From NCBI GenBank assembly GCA_963667725.2, contig CAXXHO010000005.1:736001-800000 (forward strand): 64,000 nt of DNA. Direction: 5' to 3'. Positions within the stretch are counted from its first letter, which is position 1; every line of letters starts with the position of its first letter. Both the position numbers and the translations under genes were made by a program. Source of the stretch: Treponemataceae bacterium. Lineage in GTDB: Bacteria > Spirochaetota > Spirochaetia > Treponematales > Rectinemataceae. Below the pieces are notes generated by a model. It was not told the DNA's origin. It ran no database searches and saw nothing but the letters and a program-made list of their open reading frames with translations. Shown here piece by piece: positions 26,709 to 34,922 of the stretch.

Positions 26709-27647
26709 CTAAGCCCTGAAAATCTCGAGAGCGGCCTCGGCCGTCTTCTCGTCGGTGACGATGCCCGATATCAGTTTGCCCCTGATGGCGCCCACGATGG
26801 GCAGGACCTTGTCCTCCCCGTAAGCCACCGCGGTGACGGGGCAGCGGAGCGGGACGTCGGCCGTGACGGAGCGTTCCTCCACGGCCGAGGGGATCCTGCC
26901 GCCGTCCAGGGAGAAGAAGTGGGTGAAAACGTCGCCCACGGCGCCTTGGGCGGCCAGGTTTTCGGCGTCCTGCGCCGTTATGAAGCCTCTGGAGATGAGG
27001 ACGGAATTCTTTACCGAGCCCAGGCCTATCATGGCGCAGTCCACGGCGTTGGCCATGGCGAGGATAGAGGCGAGGACGTGGTCGTTTCTCATGATGAGGG
27101 CCGTTTCCTTCGTCGAGGCGATGGCCGGCGCCCAGATGTGGAAATAGTCGACGCCGAGGCTCCTGGAGAGGAGGATGCCGCTCGAGCTGGGGTTGGTGGC
27201 GTTCACCGCGTAATTGGGCATGGTGGAGCCGGTGAGGGAGACGATCCGCTTGACGTTCATCTTTTTGGGAGCTTCCACGAGGGAGAGGCTGGCTGAGAGG
27301 GCGCGGCTCGACCCGAGGCCGATGCTTTCGTACTGCCGGCACATGTCGGCGAAGCGAAGGGAAGCGGCGTAAGCCACGTTGCCCGCGGCGCTGCCGTCGT
27401 TGGGCACGATGGTGATGTCCGTGAGGCCTGTGGCTTGGGAGAAGTCCTTCTCGAGCTCGAAGAGGGACACATAGCGCCTGGCTATCTTTATTTCGACTAT
27501 TTTCTTTTCGCGGATAACCTTGAGGAGGCGGACAACTTTGATTCTCGGTATGCCCAGGAGGTCGGCGATCTGCTGCTGGCTCTTGTCTTCGTAGTAATAG
27601 AGCCAGGCTATCCTCGTGAGCAAGGAATTGTTCAAATGTTCATCCAT
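26709..27647 (-). CDS. SorC/DeoR-family sugar-binding transcriptional regulator
   Basis: AWLYYYEDKSQQQIA HTH, GAVGD, VAYGEDK, IVTDE. Confidence 0.92.
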   Translation of the reverse strand: MDEHLNNSLLTRIAWLYYYEDKSQQQIADLLGIPRIKVVRLLKVIREKKIVEIKIARRYVSLFELEKDFSQATGLTDITIVPNDGSAAGNVAYAASLRFADMCRQYESIGLGSSRALSASLSLVEAPKKMNVKRIVSLTGSTMPNYAVNATNPSSSGILLSRSLGVDYFHIWAPAIASTKETALIMRNDHVLASILAMANAVDCAMIGLGSVKNSVLISRGFITAQDAENLAAQGAVGDVFTHFFSLDGGRIPSAVEERSVTADVPLRCPVTAVAYGEDKVLPIVGAIRGKLISGIVTDEKTAEAALEIFRA

Positions 27648-27654
27648 GTGAACA

Positions 27655-27683
27655 AGTATGTGGTCGGTTTTTCAGGCTGTCAA
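27655..27683 (-). promoter_or_regulatory. Sigma70 promoter of regulator, probably leaderless
   Basis: TTGACA-N17-CATACT-N7-ATG. Confidence 0.7.
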
Positions 27684-27724
27684 GAAATATTTTTAAATAA
27701 TTCCTGCCTCCTGAACTTTATAGT

Positions 27725-29566
27725 TCACGAATTCGAAAGGATGCCGGAGAGGCCGAGTTCTTCCAGTTTTTCCTTTGTCGGGATTCCGTCTTCCGTCCAG
27801 CCCCGCAGCGCGTAGTATCGGTCCAGGGAGGCCTCGAAGTTGGCGGGGAGGTTCTGGCCGGCGCCGCCGCCCTTGGGTTCGGTGAGGATGCGCTTGGGCA
27901 GGCTGTCGTCCTTGCGGCTGACGCCTCGCGATACGTTGTAGAGGCGCTTGAGGTTGAAGATGCGCTCGCCGGCTTTGAGGAATTCGTCCAGGCTCATATC
28001 CCAGCCTGTGGCCGCGTTGATCCACTGGAGGGCCTGGGTGGCGCTGTTGCCCCCGCCGATGGAGAATTTGCAGAGCTTGAGGCTGTCCACGAGGCTCATG
28101 AAGTTCTGGGTGGCGATGACAAGTTCGGGTTTCCGTTCCTTGCCGAAGCGGTCCTGGGGGGCGTCGAAGCCTCCCTCCGGGAAGGCGAGTTTGCGTTCGT
28201 AGTTGTAGCTCATGCCCTGGAGGTGGCAGGCGCCGCGGTTGGAGGTGGCGTAGGAGAGGGCCATGCTGTTGAAGGCCCTGGGGTCGTGGCCGGGGAATTC
28301 GAGGCCTTTGACATGGACGGCGTAGTCGGGGCTGCCGAGCTTGAGGCTGGTCTTGGCCACGCCTTCGCCGAGGAGGGCCCCGATGCCCGTTTTCGCGCCG
28401 ATGAGGTCGATGAGGTCGACGAGGGCCTTGCCGCTGCCCCAGGTCGGGACGACGCCGGAGAGGTCCTGGCCTCGGATCTGGCCTTTTTCGTAGGCTTCCA
28501 TGAGGAAGGCTATGGCGCTGCCGGCCGAAATGGTGTCGATGCCGTAGCGGTTGGCCTTCTCATTGGCGGCGAGAATGGCTTCTATGTCGTCGATCATGCA
28601 GTTGGCGCCGAGGAGGGAGAGGGTTTCGTATTCGGGGCCACCGCCGAGGCTGCCGTCGGAGAGTTCGACGACGCGGCCGCAGCCAATGGGGCACATGGCG
28701 CAGAAAAAGCGCTTCTTGAGGCGGCCCGATTCGGTCATCCTCTGGCCGGAGATGGCGGCGATGTCGAGGTCGGCGGCGCCCAGGGCCCAGTTCTTGACGG
28801 GCACGTCGCCCATGTCATAGAAGCCGCCGAGGGAGCCCGCCGTGCCGAACTTGCCCATGGCTTCCGTGGCGGCTGCCATCTTTTTGGCCACCTCGCGGGA
28901 GGCCAGGCCGAGGGCGGCGGCGTCGTGAATTCTGCGCGGCGCCTTGCCCGAGGGGGCGGCGACCACGGCCTTGAGTTTCTTGGAGCCCATGACGGCCCCG
29001 AGGCCGCAGCGGCCTGCCATGCGCGCGTCTCTTCCGTCATGGGCGACGCAGGCGATGCTCACCATGCGTTCGCCCGCTATGCCGATGCAGGCGGTTTCGG
29101 AGCCGGGGTATTTCGCGCCGTAGTGGTCGTAGGCGGCGAAGGTATCGAGGCCCCAGACGGCGGCCGCGTCTTCGACGCGGCCGCCAGTCTCGGTGACCAC
29201 GAGGGACACGGGCTTGTCTGAGGCGCCGGATACGACGAGAAAATCGAAGCCCGTGTTCCGGAAGACCGAGCCCCAGGCGCCGCCCACGTCCGACTCGGCG
29301 AAGAGGCCGGTCAGGGGCGAGAGGGCAGCCACCTCATGCCGCCCGGAGGTGGGGGCTGAGGTGCCGCAGAGGGGTCCCAAGGCAAAGACGAGGGGATTGG
29401 CCGGGTCGAGGGGGCCTATGCCGGCCGGCGCCTGGCGGGAAAAAAGCCATGCCGCGACGCCCGAGCCGCCGATGAAGGAGCGGAGCAGCGATTCCTCGAG
29501 GACTTCCACCGTCGAAGTACCCGTCGAAAGATCCACGAAAAGCGTTTTTCCGTATGCTATGTCCAT
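27725..29566 (-). CDS. aor: Aldehyde:ferredoxin oxidoreductase (W/Mo-pterin)
   Basis: SPLTG, AGRCGLGAVMGSKKLKA, CAMCPIGC, GPEYET, GIDTIS, RGACH, YYALRGW. Confidence 0.93.
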   Translation of the reverse strand: MDIAYGKTLFVDLSTGTSTVEVLEESLLRSFIGGSGVAAWLFSRQAPAGIGPLDPANPLVFALGPLCGTSAPTSGRHEVAALSPLTGLFAESDVGGAWGSVFRNTGFDFLVVSGASDKPVSLVVTETGGRVEDAAAVWGLDTFAAYDHYGAKYPGSETACIGIAGERMVSIACVAHDGRDARMAGRCGLGAVMGSKKLKAVVAAPSGKAPRRIHDAAALGLASREVAKKMAAATEAMGKFGTAGSLGGFYDMGDVPVKNWALGAADLDIAAISGQRMTESGRLKKRFFCAMCPIGCGRVVELSDGSLGGGPEYETLSLLGANCMIDDIEAILAANEKANRYGIDTISAGSAIAFLMEAYEKGQIRGQDLSGVVPTWGSGKALVDLIDLIGAKTGIGALLGEGVAKTSLKLGSPDYAVHVKGLEFPGHDPRAFNSMALSYATSNRGACHLQGMSYNYERKLAFPEGGFDAPQDRFGKERKPELVIATQNFMSLVDSLKLCKFSIGGGNSATQALQWINAATGWDMSLDEFLKAGERIFNLKRLYNVSRGVSRKDDSLPKRILTEPKGGGAGQNLPANFEASLDRYYALRGWTEDGIPTKEKLEELGLSGILSNS

Positions 29567-29576
29567 TTTCGGCTCC

Positions 29577-30551
29577 TCATTCCCCGAGGGGTTCGATCTC
29601 GGCGCTCTTGCGCGCCGCTCGCGGGTTTTTCTGCGAAAGCATATACAGGGTGACCGTCGCCATGACGATGAAAGCCCCTAATCCCTGCGTGAAGGAGGTG
29701 ATCCCCTCCCCCAGCAGGAGCCAGGAGAAGGCTATGGTGCTGGTGAGCCGCCATGCCTGTATGGTCGAGTAGGTAGCGGCGCCCAGGTGTTTTACCGCGT
29801 TGTTCTGAAGGATCGTGCCCAGAAGAAGGACGAGAATGGCAAAGGCCAGGGCGGCCGCTATGCCCGAGAGCGGCAGGGAAAGCCAGGGGCTCCAGTCTTC
29901 GCCGAGGCCAACGCTTCCCGCCGTCATGAATAGGGACAGGGAGCCGAACTGCGCGAAGGCGAGGGTTTCCGACGACGCGCCTTTTTTCGCCGCTTGTTTG
30001 ATGGAGAGCATGAGGAAGGCGAGGAGGATGCCGCCCAGCACCGAAAGGCCGATGCCGATCCAGTTGGCGACGGGGTCCAGCTTCGCCGATTGGCCCGCTT
30101 TCGTGGCGCCGAAGATCATGAGCAGGGATCCCGCGAGGGAAAAGCAGAGCGCGAGGAAGGTATATTTCGGCAGGGTTTCCTTGAGGAAGGTCTTGCTGAG
30201 AAAGGCCACGATGAAGGGGGCGAGAAGGGCGAAGAGCTGGACGTTGGTGGCGTAGGTGAGGCGGGCCGCGTAGAGGTTGAGCAGGCCACGCGACACGACG
30301 ATGAAGATGAGGCCGAGGAGCTCCTTGAGGCCGGTGGATCTCATGTCTATTTTGCGGAGCATAAGGACGAGGAGAATGGCCATGGCCAGGATGTTGGTCA
30401 CGGCCGAGAGGCTCATGGTGCCTATGTGGTGGCTGTTCTGAAGGTAGCGGGCGAGGACGGGATAGCCGCCCCAGGCCGTGTGGGAGATGATGGCGAAGAG
30501 AACCCACGCGGTCTTCGGGGTCGCGGAAGCCTGATCGGGTTTTCTGTTCAA
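29577..30551 (-). CDS. DMT/EamA-family transporter
   Basis: About ten TM helices in two EamA repeats (FLKE, LLGE). Start uncertain; the track start at 30599 coincides with a TTGACA. Confidence 0.85.
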   Translation of the reverse strand: MNRKPDQASATPKTAWVLFAIISHTAWGGYPVLARYLQNSHHIGTMSLSAVTNILAMAILLVLMLRKIDMRSTGLKELLGLIFIVVSRGLLNLYAARLTYATNVQLFALLAPFIVAFLSKTFLKETLPKYTFLALCFSLAGSLLMIFGATKAGQSAKLDPVANWIGIGLSVLGGILLAFLMLSIKQAAKKGASSETLAFAQFGSLSLFMTAGSVGLGEDWSPWLSLPLSGIAAALAFAILVLLLGTILQNNAVKHLGAATYSTIQAWRLTSTIAFSWLLLGEGITSFTQGLGAFIVMATVTLYMLSQKNPRAARKSAEIEPLGE

Positions 30552-30630
30552 TTGTGCATACCTATGTACATATATCTCACTGATCAGCGCAACTGTCAAG
30601 TTTATCTTTTCGGCAAAGGAGAAAGAATTA

Positions 30631-30765
30631 GACTATGATCAACATGATTTAGGGTGATTTACAGGAATAAGATTGTGTTAAAGAAGGAAGGAAAGAATAG
30701 GATCAGTGATTCTTTCTTTAGCTTATTTTCTATTGTTGATCCTCTTCAGTCACGTAAATCCTGTC
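30631..30765. repeat. Divergent repeat copy R14
   Basis: GACTATGATCAACATGA...GATTTACAGGA...GTAAATCCTGTC with purine-rich then pyrimidine-rich core. Confidence 0.75.
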
Positions 30766-30775
30766 TGCTTTCATT

Positions 30776-30808
30776 AAAAAAAGCCGCCCGCGCTTTCGCG
30801 TAGGCGGC
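30776..30808 (-). terminator. Rho-independent terminator
   Basis: GCCGCC-TACGCGAAAGCGCG-GGCGGC followed by T7 on minus strand. Confidence 0.8.
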
Positions 30809-30835
30809 CTATCGATGACGGCGTAGGATTATCGG

Positions 30836-31378
30836 CTATTTGCCGTTTTTACCGCTACCGTTGCCATTGCCGTTGCCGGAGTTGGGGCCGGGGCCTTCGC
30901 TTTCGCCTTTGTTCTTGCCGTAGGCGTTGTTTTCGCGCTCCTGCTTCATTTCCCTGAAGATTTTGCCCTGGTGGTCTCCCCATTTCAGCTTGAGAGCATG
31001 GAACTCGGTTGATCCGGGGGCTATGCCGATGGTCTGGGAGAGGATGCCCCAGCCGTGGCCTTCCACGCCGTCCGCCAGAAGAATGGTTTCCGCGAGGGGT
31101 TTTTCGGTGGCCAGGGAGATTTCAAGGGCCAGCCAGATTTCGCCGGGCGCGTAGCCTTGGGTGGAGAGATCCTGAAGGACGAGGATGTCGACGTTGAATT
31201 CCACGCTCAGCTTTGTGAGAAGGCCTTCTAGGTCTTCTTCTCCGGCTTGGTTGAGCAGCGAGAGTTCCTCGTCGAGATCGTCGTCTTCGCCCGTGGTCTG
31301 AGCCGAAAGACCCATGGCCGCTATGAAAGAAAATGCCAGTACCGCCAAAAGGGCGATGATTTTTTTGTTTTTCCGCAT
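30836..31378 (-). CDS. Secreted hypothetical protein, G/N/K-rich tail
   Basis: MRKNKK signal peptide with GGAGG RBS; GHGWG..IGIAPGS.EFHALK motif. Confidence 0.75.
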   Translation of the reverse strand: MRKNKKIIALLAVLAFSFIAAMGLSAQTTGEDDDLDEELSLLNQAGEEDLEGLLTKLSVEFNVDILVLQDLSTQGYAPGEIWLALEISLATEKPLAETILLADGVEGHGWGILSQTIGIAPGSTEFHALKLKWGDHQGKIFREMKQERENNAYGKNKGESEGPGPNSGNGNGNGSGKNGK

Positions 31379-31496
31379 ACTGTACCTCCGTTTCCCTTTT
31401 TCAAGGGAGTCTATGGGTGGATACGCGGCCAAGCCGGGCATGGTTGCAGGAATTGGTTCTGGCACGACGGCCTCGTCTTGGGTATACTTCGTCCAT

Positions 31497-32084
31497 ATGA
31501 CCAGTGAGTTGCGCAACATTGACAGCGAGGTGGTGGCCAGAGTTCTCTCGGGCGACCGGGAGGCCTACCGCATCCTCGTGGATAAATATGGAAGCAGGGT
31601 TATCGCGTTCTGCCGGTCCAGGATGAGGTCAGACGAGGATGCCCGCGACGCCGCCCAGGATGTTTTCATCAGGGCTTTCAACTCGCTGGCTTCCTTCAGG
31701 CAGGGCGAAAGCTTCCCGGCATGGCTCTTCGCGATCGCGGGCAATCACGTGCGCACGCGGTTCCGCGTTTTTTCGTCGGAGCGGCGCAAGACCGAGGCGG
31801 CCGGCATGATGGCGGCGACGGCGGCCCCCGCCGATCCGGCCGAGGATGTGGAACGGAAGCTGAGCGGGGAGGCGCTGCGGCGCGCGGTTTCCGCCTTGCC
31901 GGTCGAGATGCGCTGGCCGGTGGAGTTCTATTATTTCGCCGAGCTGTCGGTGGCGGAAACCGCGCGCGTCCTGGGCCTGGGCGAAGAGGCGGTGAAGACG
32001 AGGCTGTTCCGGGCGCGGAAGGCCTTGCGCCTATTATTGGAAGACAAGCAACCGAAAAGCGTTTCGCGAGGTATAGCTTTATGA
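31497..32084 (+). CDS. ECF sigma factor
   Basis: DAAQDVF, FPAWLFAIAGN, LSVAETARVLG, VKTRLFRAR. Confidence 0.93.
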   Translation: MTSELRNIDSEVVARVLSGDREAYRILVDKYGSRVIAFCRSRMRSDEDARDAAQDVFIRAFNSLASFRQGESFPAWLFAIAGNHVRTRFRVFSSERRKTEAAGMMAATAAPADPAEDVERKLSGEALRRAVSALPVEMRWPVEFYYFAELSVAETARVLGLGEEAVKTRLFRARKALRLLLEDKQPKSVSRGIAL

Positions 32085-32683
32085 TGAAATGCGAAGATGT
32101 ACGTTCCTTCGTCGACGCGTGGGAAGAAGGCAGAAAGACGCCAGGCGATCCGGAGGAATTCCGGGCACACCTCGATGGATGCCGCGAATGTTCGCGGCGC
32201 TTCGGCGCGCTTTTGCCTTTGATGATGAGGGAGGCTGACCTCTCCGGCATCGCGGCGCCGCCTGAAGGCTTCGCCGAGGACGTCATGGCTTCGATCCGAT
32301 CCGCCGGCGCCAGAAAATCATCATCCATCCTCTTCCATCCCCTCCTCGCGGCCGCGGCCGCCGCCATTTTCGTCGTCGGCTTAGGGCTCGGCGTCTTCTT
32401 CACGAAGCTGGACAGGGAAAACGTCACCGTCAGGTTCGTGCTCAGCGCTCCGGAGGCCAGTTCCGTGTATCTGGCCGGGGACTTCAATTCCTGGAACGGC
32501 GAGCGCTACCAGCTCAAGCGCGCCGGATCCGATGGTTTGTGGGAGATCATGGTCCCCTTAAGGAAAGGAAAGGTTTACGTCTACAATTTCATTCTCGACG
32601 GCACCACGTGGATCGCCGATCCCCAGGTTCCGGCGAAGATAGACGATGGATTTGGAGGCTCGGGGAGTCTCCTGAGGTTATAA
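32081..32683 (+). CDS. Zinc-finger anti-sigma factor with C-terminal CBM48/AMPK-type glycogen-binding domain
   Basis: HLDGCREC (HxxxCxxC), one TM helix, VYLAGDFNSW, YNFILDG..WIADP, DDGFGG. Confidence 0.88.
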   Translation: MMKCEDVRSFVDAWEEGRKTPGDPEEFRAHLDGCRECSRRFGALLPLMMREADLSGIAAPPEGFAEDVMASIRSAGARKSSSILFHPLLAAAAAAIFVVGLGLGVFFTKLDRENVTVRFVLSAPEASSVYLAGDFNSWNGERYQLKRAGSDGLWEIMVPLRKGKVYVYNFILDGTTWIADPQVPAKIDDGFGGSGSLLRL

Positions 32684-32688
32684 AAAGT

Positions 32689-33510
32689 ATGAAAATGCCT
32701 GGATTTAGAAAAGTCACTCATTGTGGTCTCGCGCTGCTTCTCGTCGTCCTCTTTCCCTTCAACGCGGCGGCGCAGGATTTGCAGGCTTGGTTCAATAAAC
32801 CGGCCAATCAGGCGGCCTATGGCGCCATCGCGGCCGAGACGCGGATTCTGGCCGAGGCTATCCAGAAGGCTTCCCTCTCCGATTCACTCATAACGGCGAG
32901 GCTCGAGGAGGCCGCCAAGAAGCGCATCCCGGCAAACGTGCTTCTCGCTACTTTAAAGGAAGATACGGCGCGCTATCTCATCGTTTCCGATGCCCTGCGG
33001 CTTCGGGGGCTCCAGCCCGAGAACGAAAAGCAGGCGACGGCCATGGTTGAACAGGTGGCGCTTCTGCTCAGGGCTGGCATCGGCCGAGCCGAGCTCGACG
33101 CCACCCTCGACGCGGCGGTTTCCATGCTGGGCATGAAGGCCGGCGGCAAGACAGCCGTCACGCGGACGGTAGCCGCCCTGTCGGTGGTCGCCAACGCGCA
33201 GGCCGCATACGGCATGAGCAAGGAAGAGAGCCTCCTGCTCGCCAGGGCTCTCGTTGAGAGCAAGCTGTCGGACAAAAAGCTGGATTCGGTCCTGGATTCC
33301 ATCCAAAAAGTCATAGCCAAGGGCGGCACTATCGGCGAGGCCCTGACTTCGGTGATCGAGAAGGAATTGACGATAAAAGCAGTCGAAGCCAAGACGAAGT
33401 CCAAGACCACGGCAAATGAAAATGCCAAGGATAAGACGAACCAGGGAAAGTCCGAAAACAAGGACAATTCGAACGCTAGCGCGAGCGGCGGCGGCAGCGA
33501 TAAAAAATAG
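32689..33510 (+). CDS. Secreted hypothetical protein, low-complexity tail
   Basis: Signal peptide (AAA-Q), Ala/Leu-rich body, K/N/S-rich end. Confidence 0.72.
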   Translation: MKMPGFRKVTHCGLALLLVVLFPFNAAAQDLQAWFNKPANQAAYGAIAAETRILAEAIQKASLSDSLITARLEEAAKKRIPANVLLATLKEDTARYLIVSDALRLRGLQPENEKQATAMVEQVALLLRAGIGRAELDATLDAAVSMLGMKAGGKTAVTRTVAALSVVANAQAAYGMSKEESLLLARALVESKLSDKKLDSVLDSIQKVIAKGGTIGEALTSVIEKELTIKAVEAKTKSKTTANENAKDKTNQGKSENKDNSNASASGGGSDKK

Positions 33511-33548
33511 TCAGTCGGCATGGCCGCTGGCTTGCCGCCGCGCTCTAG

Positions 33549-33577
33549 TTGAACAAATGCAGCCAATGCGCTATACT
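33549..33577 (+). promoter_or_regulatory. Sigma70 promoter of helicase
   Basis: TTGAAC-N17-TATACT. Confidence 0.65.
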
Positions 33578-33726
33578 GCAAGAAATTCACCGATTGGCGT
33601 CGCATGAATCGTTTATACCTTGTATAATTCGAACGCCATCGTTTTGAGCTCGCATCGGCCATCCAGTATGGCTCCGATCTTGATTGACCAGGTTCATGCT
33701 GTTCAAGCAAACATATAGGATCTTCA

Positions 33727-34848
33727 TTGAATTTCTCATCATTCTCATTCGACAAAACCATTGCGTCCAACATAGCCCAAGCCGGCTATGAAACCCCGAC
33801 CCCCATCCAGGAAAAGACGATTCCCGCCATTCTCGAGGGCAAGGACGTACTCGGGCTCGCGCAGACCGGCACGGGCAAAACGGCCGCTTTTGCCCTCCCC
33901 ATTCTCCAGCGTCTCATGGGCGGAGAGCGCTGCGTGCGTCGCGCCCTCATCATTTCGCCGACCAGGGAGCTTGCCCAACAAACCCATACGACTTTCGAAA
34001 CATTGGGCAAGGGTACGGGCTTCAGGAGCATGAGCATTTACGGCGGCGTAACCGCTAAATCTCAGATTAAAACGCTTAAAAACATCATGCCGGAGATCGT
34101 CGTCGCCTGTCCCGGCCGTCTTCTGGACCTCATGGGCCAGGGTTTCGTGGATCTGCGCTCGATCGAGATTCTCGTCCTGGACGAGGCCGACCAGATGTTC
34201 GACATGGGCTTCCTGCCTTCGATCAAGAAGATCATCCAGGCCCTGCCCAGGAATCATCAGACCTTGCTCTTTTCCGCGACGCTTCCTTCCGAGATAAGGA
34301 CGCTGGCCAGGCAGTTCCAGAACGATCCGGTGCGGGTGGAGATCGGGAATTCCAAGCCGGTCGAAACCGTGAGCCATTTCGTCAGCCCGGTGAGCCAGGC
34401 CGACAAGTACGAGGCTTTGCGATCGGTGCTGTCCACGGGGACCACTGGTCAGACCCTCATTTTCACGAGGACGAAGCATAGGGCGAAGAAGCTGGCCCTG
34501 CAGCTGACGAGCGCCGGCTATGGCGCCACGTCGATCCAGGGGAATCTTTCCCAGGGGCAGAGGGAAAAGGCCATGTCCAGTTTCCGCTCCGGCAGGGCCA
34601 AGATCATGGTGGCCACCGATATCGCGGCGCGCGGCATCGATATTTCCCAGATTTCCCAGGTCATCAACTTCGATATTCCCGACACTCCCGAGGCTTACAC
34701 CCACAGGATCGGCAGGACAGGCCGCATGCTGCACAAGGGCGTGGCGCTGACCTTCGTCACTCCCGAGGACAAGCAGATTCTGCGCGCCATCGAGCGCTTC
34801 ATCGGCGCCCCGATCGCGCAGATGGCCATAGCCAGGCTGGCGATATAG
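33727..34848 (+). CDS. DEAD-box RNA helicase (RhlE-like, minimal core)
   Basis: Q motif, AQTGTGKT, PTRELA, DEAD, SAT, ARGID, HRIGRTGR. Confidence 0.95.
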   Translation: MNFSSFSFDKTIASNIAQAGYETPTPIQEKTIPAILEGKDVLGLAQTGTGKTAAFALPILQRLMGGERCVRRALIISPTRELAQQTHTTFETLGKGTGFRSMSIYGGVTAKSQIKTLKNIMPEIVVACPGRLLDLMGQGFVDLRSIEILVLDEADQMFDMGFLPSIKKIIQALPRNHQTLLFSATLPSEIRTLARQFQNDPVRVEIGNSKPVETVSHFVSPVSQADKYEALRSVLSTGTTGQTLIFTRTKHRAKKLALQLTSAGYGATSIQGNLSQGQREKAMSSFRSGRAKIMVATDIAARGIDISQISQVINFDIPDTPEAYTHRIGRTGRMLHKGVALTFVTPEDKQILRAIERFIGAPIAQMAIARLAI

Positions 34849-34877
34849 TTTCGCTTCCCCGATAGGGGATGCGCCTG

Positions 34878-34922
34878 AAGGGCGGCCGGCTCCATCTTCG
34901 ATGGGGCCGGCCGCCCTTTTTG
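34878..34922 (+). terminator. Rho-independent terminator between convergent genes
   Basis: AAGGGCGGCCGGCTCCATC-TTC-GATGGGGCCGGCCGCCCTTTTT. Confidence 0.85.
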
